Positions 51,191 through 63,577 are shown, counted from the first letter of the stretch. The stretch: 64,000 nucleotides of DNA from Chiloscyllium plagiosum (GCF_004010195.1 NC_057718.1:45057907-45121906); one strand, 5' to 3'. Translations and numbers: made by a program. Notes: generated by a model from the sequence alone, not told the origin.

Positions 51191-51992
51191 TAAAGTGCTT
51201 TGAGACTTCTAGTGGTCATATAAAGTAAGTGCTGTGAGTGTAATGTAATTGATGAGCAGTTAAGCAGGCTTGAAGTGGTCTATTCTGATTTTCTCCATTC
51301 AAATTGGCAGAAATTGCTCTCCACAACTGAAGTACTGTGATCAGGTTAATTGTCAAGTGCTATGTTATTGGTATGAAAGAATAGAAAATGCAGATTTTAG
51401 TATTTGAGACTATAGAAGAATTAAAATTCTCTTTCCTGACGCAAATGTTGAGGTGGGGAAATAATTAATTGGACTGGAGAGTGTATTCTATAGGACTATG
51501 CAGCCTTTCTGACTCTAAGTCCAGTGCAAAAAAGTATGGATAGACTTCATACTCTAATGTCAACTGAGCCCCTTAAGAAAGCAATTAATACCTCCAGCTA
51601 TTTGAAATAATATTTAGAGGTAATTGTTTCAGCATTTCTTTACAGGATAAAAGCAGCATTTAATGTAGGTATTTATTGCTAATTCCTAACTACCCTTGAC
51701 AAGATAGTAGTAGTGAGCTACATACTTGATCAACTTAAGTCTATGAGATGATGGCATTCCCATAGTATTATTAGGTAAGGCGTATCAAGATTTTGACCCA
51801 GCAATGATAAAGGAAAGCTGACAAAGTACCAATTATGTGTAAGTCCAAAGAGAAGCTCCCACACACCTACAGCCCTGGTACTTTTAGATGGTAGAAGTTG
51901 AGGATTTCAAAGTTACTGTGAAAGAAAACTTGGTGAGTTGCTGCAGTGCAAGTTTAAGTTGATTGATGGCGTACCAATCAAGTTATAAAATA

Positions 51993-52600
51993 GGTGATGA
52001 TGCTGCTCCTTTAACAAGGTTGTCTTTTCTTTTCCCCCAAGAGGGATCATAAAGGCAGAGGTGCAGATATGTCTGAACTGGCTACTTTAATAATGACTAA
52101 CAGATACTGCGAAAATCAACAATCAGAGGAGACCTTTAGGGTTTGTTTTTAAAACACATACAATGAAAGGGGAGTAGCCAGTTCTGGATTTGTTTAGTTT
52201 TAGCTGGGGACCCAGAGAAGCTGCTGGGGCAAAAATAAAGGTTCTATGTTTCAGTCAATGATTTCTCTCTGGAATCTCTCTCTCTTCTAACAACTTGTGT
52301 TTGAATTAACCTTTTTGCCAAGGGGTATGTTTATGCAGGAAATGGGAAGTTTTTTTGTTAAGTTAGATCATGTTGGTCGGGTTTTCATATAGTTGTTTTT
52401 TTTTTAAATTCTGTTTTCTTTTGCTTGTGTTTCATTTGGTAGTCTGTAAATAAATTTTGGTTTTTTTTAAAAAAGGAGTGATTTAACCAGCTGCACCATT
52501 CCTGGAATATCCACACTGCACCTGCTTAAAACAACTAGAAAATTTAAGGTCTGGACTAAATACTTGAAATGTTTCGAGGGGGTTTGGCCTGGTCCATATT
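51993..52600 (+). mobile_element. Solo LTR of the Gmr1-like family
   Basis: Starts gtgatgatgctgctcctttaacaaggtt (reverse complement of 21463-21490); contains ccagctgcaccattcctggaatatccac; ends ggcctggtccata. Confidence 0.85.
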
Positions 52601-52602
52601 GT

Positions 52603-52790
52603 AAACACAGAGGATCTGAAATAAAGTGCTGGAAAATCTCAGCAGGTTTGGCTGCATCTGTGGAGAAAAATACAGAGCTAATCTTTCAAATCCAATAACT
52701 CACCTTAAAAGCATTGGACTTGAAACACTCCACAAATGCTGCCACACCTGCTAGATTTTCCAACATTTTCTGTGTTTTTTTTTCCAATCA
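52603..52790. repeat. Old foldback of second-family Penelope-type repeats
   Basis: gtgctggaaaatctcagcaggtttggctgcatctgtggag ... ctccacaaatgctgccacacctgctagattttccaacat. Confidence 0.65.
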
Positions 52791-53532
52791 AGCAATTTAC
52801 TTTGTTGTGAATAGCGCTGTTGGGAGTTATATTATCTGAGCAAAAGGTATTCCTTTTGGTATTCCAAAAGATACACCTCAAATCTGTATCCTGCAGATAG
52901 TGGGAAATCTGGGAAGAGTCAGGAGGTGAGTTATTTATTGCAGAACATCCAGCCTCTAACCTGCTATTGCAGTAACAATGATTTTGAACCTGATGCAATT
53001 AAGTTCCTGGTCATGGTCACCATCCATCACCAAGGATGTTGATACCATTGAGTGTCAAGGGTGTGATTAGACGGTTTTGTTGGAAATGGTCATTGCTTAA
53101 TAGCTTTGTAGTAAGCACATTACCTGTTTATGACATGGACTCTGCAGAGTTAACTGAGCTGGATGTGCCTTTGTGTCTGCTACCTTTATTGATGCAAGGT
53201 GGTCCACCTAGTTTCATGATATTTTATAGCAGCAATTTGATACAACTGAATATCTCAGTAGGACCAATGCCCAAAGTCGTCTTCCAGATTTTTGGATTAA
53301 TAATCCAGTAATATAATTTATTTGCTATCACATGGTTGGTATTACTATTATGAAAAATTGAAACTAAAGCTTATTTAAAATCAGTCACAAATATAATTGA
53401 AATTTAATTAATTTTAATTAATTTCTGTACAATTGTATACAAAATACTGGAAAAGACATAACAAGCACATAGGTATTACATTCCTATTCTGTAATGAGTA
53501 AAATATTACAATTTTTTTTTAAAAAGCACAAG

Positions 53533-53538
53533 TTTATT
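53533..53538 (-). terminator. Candidate CENPF polyadenylation signal
   Basis: AATAAA on minus, ~600 nt after the stop, at the end of an AT-rich repeat-free stretch. Confidence 0.5.
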
Positions 53539-54138
53539 TGTCTTTTACAAATAAAACCAATCATAGTACATTAATATTTTCTCATGTACTGAATAAAGGC
53601 TGTTACTGGTTATGAAACCTTACCCTACAAACACAGACTGGAAGCTCAGAACACAAAATTAGGCCTATGAAAAAACTGACTTGTTACAAAATCACAGCAC
53701 ATTTAAAGATTTTTCTGAATTATTCAAATTAGTGGCTTCTGGGATGACCGAATAAGGTCCCCAACTCAAAAAAGTAACTTACGAGACACTAGGGAGCTGC
53801 CAATATTTTACAGAAAATTGAAGTCAGGATTAATAGAATAGTTTAGAAAAGAAATAATGTACAAAAGTGTCAGTTTCCTGCAAACAGTAATCTTAATTAT
53901 TTTGTAATATTACTAAGCTGCATCTTTACAGAGGAAATTTTACTGCTTTAAATCTGTTTTATATGAGATAGTTGGCATTATTACTGGAAACATACAATCA
54001 TTTACTCTCTGTAAATCACTGTACTTTGTGCACTTTAATCAGCTTTGGTATTTCCATTTTGTACCTCCAGAACAACTGCAGAAGATTTTATAACAGAGTT
54101 CACCTGCTAGTACTGTCCTATTTCTACTATGTTTTTGT

Positions 54139-54369
54139 TCACTGTACTTTGCAATTTTCATTTTCTTCACTCAGAGTAATCTGTTTGGTGGAATGTTTCT
54201 TTTGTTCCATAAATTTCTGTGTATTCATTGGGCACCTACTTTTTTCTGATCGCTTCCCATCATTAGTAATAAAGCCCATTTTCTTTGCACTGTTTGTTAA
54301 TGATGATAGAGGTGGCTCTGCCATAACTGGTACTGAATCCAGATGCAATGCTGGAAATTCAGCTGATTG
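54139..54369 (-). CDS. CENPF: Centromere protein F, last coding exon
   Basis: ttttttag|CAA acceptor, phase 0; ends EENENCKVQ*, the CENP-F farnesylation CAAX box. Confidence 0.93.
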   Translation of the reverse strand, partial: QSAEFPALHLDSVPVMAEPPLSSLTNSAKKMGFITNDGKRSEKSRCPMNTQKFMEQKKHSTKQITLSEENENCKVQ

Positions 54370-54667
54370 CTAAAAAACACAATAAAGATAGATGTCAAAA
54401 CACAAAATTATATCATATGATATGAGCAAATATCATCAATCATTTTCTATTTATTATGAGGGAATGCAATCAAACAGGTGAAATATGAATAGGAAACTGC
54501 AGTCCAACAGACAGGAGAAAATTCCATATCAACATTTGCTTTTGTGGCTGTGCTATACACTAAAGGAGCTAATTATCTGGAAGTATACTTTTAAGAAAAG
54601 CTTTTGACATGATTTTTTTTGTAAACACTCTGCAACAAGGCTCTCATATTCTAGTCATGTCACTAGT

Positions 54668-54802
54668 CTGGAAAAACACAGCAGGTCAGGCAGCATCCGA
54701 GGAACATGATGTTGCAGCACAGCTCCTCGGATGCTGACTTACCTGCTGTGCTTTTCCAGCACTACACTCTTGACTCTGATCTCTCGTCCTGACTTTCTCC
54801 TT
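54668..54802. mobile_element. Foldback Penelope-derived mini-element, opposite orientation, hammerhead region deleted
   Basis: ctggaaaaacacagcaggtcaggcagcatccgagga / tcctcggatgctgacttacctgctgtgcttttccag, with the tail on the right. Confidence 0.85.
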
Positions 54803-54858
54803 CACATTACAAGAACAACATAACCATACAGCTAGCAGACACAGGGACCTGACAAAGA

Positions 54859-55157
54859 CGCAGCACAGTGGCTCAGTGGTTTGCACTGCAGCCTCACAGC
54901 ACCAGGATTCCAGGTTCGATTCCAGCCTTGGGTGACTGTGTGTGGAGTTTGCACATTCTCCCCGTGTCTGCATGGGTTTCCTCCGGGTGCTTAGATTTCC
55001 TCCCACAGTTCAAAAATGTGCAAGTCAGGTGAATTGGCCATGCTAAATTGCCCGTAGTGTTAGTCAGAGGGAAATGGGTCTGGGTGGTTACTCTTCGGAG
55101 GGTCGGTGTGGACTGGTTGGGCCGAAGGGCCTGTATCCACACTGTAGGGGATCTAAT
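54859..55157 (+). mobile_element. HE1-type SINE (CENPF intron)
   Basis: gtggctcagtggtttgcactgcagcctcacagc..ggttcgattcc..ggcctgtatccacactgtagggg. Confidence 0.9.
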
Positions 55158-56233
55158 CGCGTCGCTAGTCTGGTAATTTAAAATTAATGTGTTGGGGACA
55201 TGGATTTGAATACCACTAAGGCATATGCTAAAATCTAATCTGGAATTAGAATATAGATGACCATATAGCCACAGTACATTGTTGTAAATATCCAACTGTT
55301 CCTGGTCTGGTGTCTTTGGGACTCCAGACCAGAGCAATATATTTGACTCTTAACTGCCCTCTCCAATAGTCTAACAAGTTCAAGGGTAATAAGGGATGGG
55401 CAATAAATGCTGGCAATGCCCATTTCACATGAATGAATAAAAATGCTTTGTAAGAGTTCGAGAAGAATTAGTCCACAAAAGGAAGAATAGAGAAAATTCA
55501 AGATAAAATATAATTTAAAACTTAATGAACTAAACACTAAGCCTAAACTGAAGTGAAACACAATGAAATAATAAAAACAAAACAAATACTTCATTAATTT
55601 TTATATAGACAAAGGAATGAAGATTAGTGACTAAAACTAGTTGAGATAGGATTTAGTCAGAAATTAAAATTTAAAATTCTCAATTCCATCTCAACATGCC
55701 AGATTCAGTGGATGTGGACAAGAAATGAAAAGCAAACGCCAGGTGCTGAGTTGGTAATTTAAATATTTAAACAAAGCTGGCAGCCTCTGACTTAACCTGC
55801 TTTGAGATTTTATAGTAGCCACTTAGGAAACCTAGCACCTGAAGCACTTCAAGGAGAGCTTTGGGGAAGAAGCAAGTAACTTTATGACATTGAGCAAGGC
55901 AATGAAAAAGCCTTTTCTCCACTCCTCTAAGCTCCCCACTATCAGACCCCCATGCCACTCTTTGTGCCATACTACGACCCCAGAAGTAAAGACTAGACCT
56001 TTCTTCTAGGCCAAGGTAACTTATTAGCTTCACTCACCAGACAACTCTACATCTTGAAGACAGTGTAATATTTCTGAAGGATACAGCCTCAATAATTTTT
56101 TGCCATGTTTATTTCTTCACATTCTACCAATGGGCCAACACTTCTATATCAGGACCAAAGGGTCTGTTTCATACTGTTTGCCTCTATCAATTATATAATC
56201 ACAGGAAGTAATGCACCTGCTGAATAAAATTAC

Positions 56234-56421
56234 CTGCTCGACAGGACTGCTTTCTGCTATTGTCTCCGACTTGTTGCAGATTTGCACAACTCCCTTATGT
56301 TGCATCTGCCTATAGGGAGATATTCTGCTCTGAACTGCAAGGCTGGAACTAGCTCTGTTGAGTAAGGTTGTCCTTCGCAGTATGTAAGGGCTGTGTGATA
56401 CAGTGGGAATGTCTGCAAAAC
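56234..56421 (-). CDS. CENPF: CENPF penultimate exon
   Basis: 188 nt, AG/GT flanked, phase 1 to 0; (G)FADIPTVSHSPYILRRTT matches the conserved CENP-F C-terminal motif. Confidence 0.93.
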
Positions 56422-56639
56422 CTGAATAAAAAAAAGACGATTATACATAATCACTGCATAAGTTCCAGAATTGCACAAATATGTATTGCATCAACAGTTG
56501 TTCAACTTGCTCATGAAAGAAAAACCCTAAATCAATTAACTTTTGTAAATATGCTTCAACATTTTGCATTCAAATTCACCTTTTTCATTAAGACACTGAC
56601 TTGCAGGACTACTAGAACCCCTCAAGCAAAGGATTACAG

Positions 56640-56995
56640 ACACTGCCAGAGGTTTCATTTGACATCATTCAGGACAAAGTAGCCAGCTTGATTGGCACCA
56701 CATCTACAAGCATTCACACTCTCCATCAACAATCCTCAGGAGCAGAAGTGTGTACTATTTATGAGGTGCACTGCAGAAATTCACCAGAGATTTTTAGACA
56801 ACACCTTCTAACCCGCAACCATTTCCAGCAGAAGGTCAATGGCAGCAGATACATGGGAACATGCCACACACCAACCTGACTTGGAAATGTATCATTCTTG
56901 CTTGGTCAAAATCCTGGAATTTCCTCCCTAATAGCATTGTGGGTTTACCCACTGCACTGGTTCAAGAAAATAGCTTATCACCACCTTCTCTGGTT
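56640..56995 (+). mobile_element. LINE 3' fragment, same family as 5955-6445
   Basis: caggacaaagtagccagcttgattggcacc...ggttcaagaaaatagcttatcaccaccttctc. Confidence 0.75.
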
Positions 56996-57002
56996 TAGAG
57001 AA

Positions 57003-57057
57003 TGAGAGAGAAAGCAAAAAAAGAGAGAGACAGAGAGAGAGGGAAAGAGAGAGACAG
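57003..57057. repeat. Imperfect (GA)n microsatellite
   Basis: gagagagacagagagagagggaaagagagagacaga. Confidence 0.85.
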
Positions 57058-57265
57058 ATGTTTTCACTTGGAATTAAGCTGCAAACTTGGCTGATTATTT
57101 GCAGTTCTTGACCTTGGACATTAGTAAGGTGTACCATATGTGCAAACGTTAAGTCGGGAAATTATCTTCCAGGTTTCAGTGATTGATAAAACCACAGAAA
57201 CAAGTTGGCAATTATAATGATCTTGATCTTTTTCATTCCATAGGCATGTGATTGAATAAACTCAC

Positions 57266-57850
57266 CCTTTTTAACAATATGTGGAAGACCCTCTGGTTCT
57301 GATGGAGATTTATCTTTTGCAACAGGCCTTAAAATATTCTCATGCTCTTTATCACTTCTTGTCCTCTTTGCAGAATTCTGCAAAGCTTCTGATTTCAATT
57401 TATCTCGTTCCTCCTTAGATTCTGCTCCCCTTACTCTCTTTGCAGTAAGGTTTGATTGAGCATCTGGGCGCTTTTGGTGACTTTTGTTTCCAACTAATTC
57501 CAATGGAGCATCCATGGTCTGATCTGCAATATTGCACACACTTGGAGACTTCAGATATTTTTGCTGACTCTTGGACTGACCAGGTGACTTCTTTTCACAC
57601 TTGTGTACAAGTGATCTTGGTACAGCAACTTGTTCGGCAATACCATTCTCATCTTGAGCATTTGACTGTTGGAATTTATTGCTCAAGAAGACCACCCTGC
57701 TCTTTAACATTTCATTTTCCTCCTGCAGTTTGTGGCTGCTTTTAATCAGGTTCCAATATTTCTCCATATTTTCGTCAGCTTCTTTTGTTTTTTCCTCTAG
57801 TGCCTCTTTTAGTTTCTCCACCTCAGTTGTTTGGTCATCTATCTGTGAAT
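57266..57850 (-). CDS. CENPF: CENPF exon (end of coiled coil and start of C-terminal domain)
   Basis: 585 nt open frame, phase 1 to 1; LKEALEEKTKEADENMEKY...EPEGLPHIVKK|G with donor GTGAGT. Confidence 0.93.
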
Positions 57851-58975
57851 CTGGACAAGACATTAAAATTATTAATCTATGAACACCTTACAAAGATTGA
57901 ATAAAATCAGTGTTATGGCAAGCTAAGTGAATTTTATAACCATTGTTAAATTTGATTTGCCTAAACTTTATCATTCATAACACTCATCTATAAATAGGTC
58001 AGGTCCTGTTATCATCTCATTTTAATCATTTGGCACAGTGCTGGTTAAAGAAAATATACTTGTGATGGTGAACAAATAAATATACTTCTATGTTAAAATT
58101 TAAGTTCAGATAGAAAATAAAGAAGAAAATGTGTCTGTATGATGCAGTTGCCACTTATAAAACTTGAAATTCAAAATAAAAATTCAAATGATTATGAGGT
58201 ATTAAAAATTGTTGTTGAGAATATACATAACAAGGGTTATGGTATAGATAAATTAATTTTTGAGCAGCAAGATGAAGGACTACAAAACAGATTCATTTTG
58301 CAATCTTCCTTACTAAGGATAGAAATACTAACATGATCGAAAAGATACCAAAGGAAAAGAATGCAGTGCAACTTTTAACAAGCTTTTTTTCAGAAAACAT
58401 TTGAAGGAATAGTATCCCTTTGTTCCTCAAATGCAATGTCAGTAATTTTTTCCAAAAGAATGCAGTGCAGTTTTTAAAGTTATTTTTAGAAAAGTGAGTG
58501 AAGGAATAATATGCAATAATATACCCTTTGTTCCTCGAATACAATGTCTGAAAAGATTTCCAAATTGCAGCAGCGCAAATCTTTGCATCTCATAATCAGT
58601 CAAGAATGATTGCTACTAGAATAGTCCATGTAATGTCAACATGTGACAAATTTTGGGTAATTTTCTGTTGTGAATGAATATAATATATAATATATAATTT
58701 AATTTTTAAGCTCAGAATTTCTTTGAAAGAATAGATGTCATTGTTTGCACAATTATGAAAAATATTGTTCAGTAAAGCAAATTACAAGTTATGATTAGGA
58801 AGGAGTCAGGCAGAAGTTAGCAGATGTTTTAATTAGTCCAAAATAAATTAACTAGTTCAAAGGATGAACTAAACCATCTGCATTACTTGCACATTTTGTT
58901 TGAACTGACAAACGTTAGTTGAATTTCGCTCATTTTCTTTAGTTCAAATGCTGGATTCATCTACTGTCTACTTAC

Positions 58976-59153
58976 CTAGTTTTGGGTTTTTTTGTAGTTG
59001 TGCAATTAGCTCCTCTTGTTGCTGAATGTGTTTCTTCAGTGACTCCTTTTCATGTTCAAGCTGCTTACAGCTTTTCATCCAGAGTAGTAGTTTATTTTGA
59101 GCACATTCTTTGTCTCCTTTTAGCTTAGCCATAGATTTTTGCAGTTCATCTGC
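58976..59153 (-). CDS. CENPF: CENPF exon
   Basis: 178 nt, phase 0 to 1; ADELQKSMAKLKGDKECAQNKLLLWMKSCKQLEHEKE..; donor GTAAGT. Confidence 0.9.
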
Positions 59154-60350
59154 CTAAAAAATCGTCATTGATAAAAAATTCTTCAATAATTGTTTAGGTA
59201 CTTTTATTTTCCAAATAAATGTGTTCATTCAAGTTTGTAAACCATTTAATAACTTCTTAGATATTAAAAAAAAATTCTCTCCTTCCTAGGCTCAAGAAAA
59301 TCACATGATGAAGAATAGAACTAGAATTAATCTCAAAACACTTTAAAAAGCATCTAGGTAGAGCTTTTTCCCAAGTAAACTTTATTCTTAAAATTTGTAA
59401 AAGTTATATACAAACATTTTGACTTGAAAATTCAATGTCAAAATACAGCAGGTTCCATTTTTATGTGTCTCAATACAACTTTCGGCCCAATTATCTGTTT
59501 CTTTCAATCTATTCCTATTCATAAAGAATAAATTAATCTCCAGTTAATGTATTACATTGCATACAACTGTATACAATTAATTACAATTAGTTCACAGCAG
59601 AGGTGGGTCATGAAGTGCTGCAATTCAGCATTTATATACAGTACTTGATAAAAGTTTATAGAGGAAGTACTGAAATGACATTGGTTCAAATGCTAATAGA
59701 TCACAGTCCAGCAGCAGGGAGAGGCGCCTTTTGGCCCAAACTGATCTGTGCCGACCAATATGTCCATCCACACTAACTCCATTTCCCTGCACTTGGCCCA
59801 TATACTTCTAAACCTTTCCTGTCCAAGCATTTGTTCAAATGCCTTTTAAATATTGTTAATGGACCCACATCAACCACCCCTCTGCTGGCAGCTCATTCCA
59901 TACACGTACCACCCTCTATGTAAACAGGTTGCCCCTCAGGTTCCCATTTATTCTTTCCCCTCTTACCTTAAACTGATGCTCTCTAGTCCTCGAATCCCCA
60001 ACCTTGGGAAAAAGACTGAGAGTATTCAAACTATCCATGCCTCTCATGATCTTATACAATTCTATTAGATCCCCTCTCAGTCTCCTATTCTCTAAAGAAA
60101 AAAGTCCTAACTTGTCCAACCTCTCCCTCTAACTCAGTTCATGAAGTTCTGGCAACATCCCGGTAAATGTCTTCTGCATTCTTTCCAGTTTAATAACAAC
60201 CTTCCTACAGCAAGGTGACCAAACGAACACAATACTCCCCCAGTGCAGCCTCACCAATGTCCTGTACAACTGCAACATAATTTCCCAACTTCTATACTCA
60301 AATCCCTGAATGATTCAGGCCAGTATGCCAAAAGCCTTCTTCACTACCTT

Positions 60351-60575
60351 TGAGGAAAAAGTGAGGTCTGCAGATGCTGGAGATCAGAGATGGAAATGTG
60401 TTGCTGGAAAAGCGCAGCAGGTCAGGCAGCATCTAGGGAACAGGAGAATCGACGTTTCGGGCATTAGCCCTTCTTCAGCCATTCCTGAAGAAGGGCTAAT
60501 GCCCGAAACGTCGATTCTCCTGTTCCCTAGATGCTGCCTGACCTGCTGCACTTTTCCAGCAACACATTTCCATCT
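60351..60575. mobile_element. Young foldback Penelope-derived mini-element with a hammerhead motif on each strand
   Basis: 91 bp arms 60388-60478 / 60485-60575, one mismatch, 6 nt loop; 15 bp duplication cttcttcactacctt at 60336-60350 and 60574-60588. Confidence 0.95.
60485..60512 (+). ncRNA. Minimal type I hammerhead ribozyme motif (mirror copy on minus at 60451-60478)
   Basis: CTGAAGA-A-GGGC-taat-GCCC-GAAAC-GTC. Confidence 0.75.
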
Positions 60576-61516
60576 TCTTCACTACCTTGTCTATCCGTGA
60601 CTCCACTTTCAAAGAACCATGCACCTGAACGCCAAGGTCCTTCTGTTCCACTACATTCCCGAAGGACCTACCTCTCACCATGAAACTCCTACCTTGATTT
60701 GACTTTCCAAAATGCAACACCTTACACTTATATACATTAAACTCCATTTGCCATTTCTCAGCCCACTTCCCCAGCTGATCAAGGTTCTGCTGCAATTTCT
60801 AATAACCTTCCTCACTGTCCTCGATGCTGCCTGTGTTAGTGTCATTTGCAATGTGCTAAGCTTTTCAGTTCGTTGCCCAGAGATTGCAAACAATTAATTA
60901 GCCCGAGTGCTTGTTTGTAAACATGTCACATTCACTATATTAGAATATGCATGATCGTGGGCACTAGGAAGGATTATTTAGTATAAGCCTTTTCCAGTAA
61001 TTGTGAACAGAGGAAAGCTAGAGAAAGAGACGGGCGGTCAGATTTTTATTTTTAAAAATCACTGCAAATGTGACCCTCTATAGGCTTCAAAACAGAATGG
61101 AACTGGGGAAAAATATTTTGATAAAGCAGGACAATTCTGTTATTTGTAGTAGGTAGCATTTTCACTCCTTTGTACTATTACATATCATTCTAATCATCTA
61201 GTAAATCTGATAATACTTTCTGCTCTTTACAATTGCAAACATTAAAATTAAACTATTTTGCGTTTCTTTTCTGTTCCTGTTTACTGAACAGGTGCATACT
61301 TCCAATGAGAATATCCAGGTCAAATCATACCCTTGAGTTAGACTATTGTACAATGTTTTTATTGGGCAGCATGCACATTAAACTAAAGGTATGCCTGTCA
61401 GATTTGTATAGCATTAAAACCCTGAACTATTTGAACACTTGTCTGTGGTCTGTTTACATCAATAGAAGTCTTAAGTGTAGAAATAAGCTGCTATCCAGAC
61501 TTCACTTAAGTTTTAC

Positions 61517-61654
61517 CTTGCAGATGGCATCTTTTAAGGTAACATTTATTTCTTCTTTTGCAGCTTTTAGGTTGTTCATTTCTATTTCTTGTTCAGTTAG
61601 CTGTTTCTGCATTCCAGCCAATCTTTTTTCATCCAGCTGCATTTGAACATCATG
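61517..61654 (-). CDS. CENPF: CENPF exon (coiled coil); the gene continues beyond the window
   Basis: 138 nt, phase 0 to 0, AG/GT flanked; HDVQMQLDEKRLAGMQKQLTEQEIEMNNLKAAKEEINVTLKDAICK. Confidence 0.82.
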
Positions 61655-63577
61655 CTAACAAATTAAATGGAGTATTTATAATTAGTAAGGAAGTATTCGT
61701 CTTTGGGTTAAATACGAACAAAATTCTCTGAAATAAACACTGATAAAGTAAAAGCAAAAAAAAAGTTACTTATAACAAAATTTTCATGATTCTGTCCAAT
61801 TTGGAACGGATATTGGTGAGCTTTAAAAATGACAGTCAGGACCCATTTCATGGTCTCTGCCCACATCCACAATTTTTAGCCACACAGGGTAAGGGTACAG
61901 GAATAAAGCCTACACATAGCATTCCTGACCTCGGCAGCTCCATTGCAAATGTGGGCATTTCAAACCCTGAATTTTAATGAAAGTCAAGCCAGCTTTTTAA
62001 GATATAGTCATGGCAGCTCAGAGAAGTTGTGAACTGTAAAGGATATTTGGTCTGGTACAGGGTATCTTTTAACAAGTAAGTTTCAACGCTATTACTAATT
62101 TCACATGTCATAATTCTGTATGTTGAATCTGTTTAGAATGCAGCAATTGATGATGCTCTTAAAACTGACCATTAATCTGACCTTCGTGATGAGAGTAGAA
62201 AAATGTTCCAATACTTTACATTACATTATCTAATATATAAAGTGCATTGGACAGTACTGTTATTCAGATGTGACTGTATCAATTGTTCCTTGTAATTTAA
62301 AGTTTCCGTTACTTGACAGCTCTGACATCTCTGCTTCTGCTTTAAACTGTTAGCAGCTGACTGAGCTTTTTCATTGTCAGCTTAGTCATCTGTTTCACCT
62401 AGTTTATACTTTGACGACATGGTTCAACACTTTCATTGAATTTGAAAGCCTTAGTGTATTCAGCTCCATAGGTTTTGTTTATACAGATGGGCTATGCAAT
62501 TCTATATGAGTGCTCGGATAGGTTCTAAATGTCAGAAATGGATTCAGCCGATGAGGGGTTGTTGTCACAGCTCTTAAGGGAAATGCAATTTTATTCAGCT
62601 TATAGGTTTAGGTCTACTTTGTAGGAATCTTTGTCTTGAAATGGTTGTTAGTTTTACCACCACAGATGACTGAATGATTTTGTTTTGAGAGTTTAAGAGC
62701 ATCACAAAGATTTTCCAATAGTACTGCAGGGCTCAAAGGTTATATATAATGGATGCAGAGGGAATGGCCATGAAAGTGATGGATATGGGTGAGAGGATGT
62801 GGTTGAGTGTTATGGAGAGGATGGCAGGGGAAGCAAGGTTGGTAGCTTGACACTCAGCTACCAAGTTGGACAGATGTTACAGGGGACTGAGGGAGGTCTT
62901 CTAACCTGACAGCATTGGCATTTGTCCACCTCCATTTCTTCCTCAGGTTTGCTTTATGAGGCGGAGTTCCTGACTCCAGCCAACCTCCCCTGTGATGAAA
63001 ATAATGTGGGTAGTATTGTCTGGCAGGATGCAGATTCTTTTTGTTGAGAAATGGCTTGACTCATGATTAATACCTCAAAGTTTTGAATTTGGGCACTAAT
63101 CTTAATTGAGAATCCAATCCATTACAAACTTAATGTAATCAATGCAACAATTGTTATAGTGATTTAATTTTGATAATCAATCAACTGTGAACATTCTTGT
63201 TTAACAAACCCTTCAATGTGTTATTTAACAAAGATCCCTTTCTTTGGGCCATGACTTAAAAATGTTTTTTGTACCTTTCCACTCAATCTCATTAACATTC
63301 TGCTTAAGTCCTAAAAACATCAAAGACCCAAAATATACATCATCCATGTGGAAAAGCTTACTTTTCTATCAAAGAACAAGAAACATAGCTTCACTCTGGG
63401 AAACCATCAAAATTGCATGTCTATGTGCAGTTATTGCCAGGACCTGCCAACCAGAACAAGCAATATGCAAATTCAGATCTAGGTTAAAGGTTAATTACTT
63501 CCCACAATCACACAGCAAGTGCCTGCAACACCAGTAAGATGCACAATTAGGTACTCAATTTTAGCAATATTGTAGAA

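Larger units (their letters stand above)
59695..60860 (-). mobile_element. CR1 LINE 3' part in a CENPF intron, interrupted by a foldback element
   Basis: ORFs 60496-60795 (WAEKWQMEFN) and 59916-60119 (LGLFSLENRRLRGDLIE). Confidence 0.9.

Noticed and set aside
53972..54373. Hydrophobic 133 aa plus-strand ORF
   Set aside because: Antisense shadow of the CENPF last exon and 3' UTR
57162..57265. C-terminal extension of the 233 aa ORF as the CENPF end
   Set aside because: Read-through into the intron past the GTGAGT donor at 57265; the conserved sequence continues in the next exon
58350..58550. ~100 bp imperfect direct repeat in a CENPF intron
   Set aside because: Ordinary old local duplication with no further structure
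60351..60575. miRNA precursor or classical DNA-transposon MITE
   Set aside because: The arms equal PLE terminal repeats, one side has an unpaired tail, and the 15 bp duplication is unlike the fixed short duplications of most cut-and-paste elements; small-RNA production is untested
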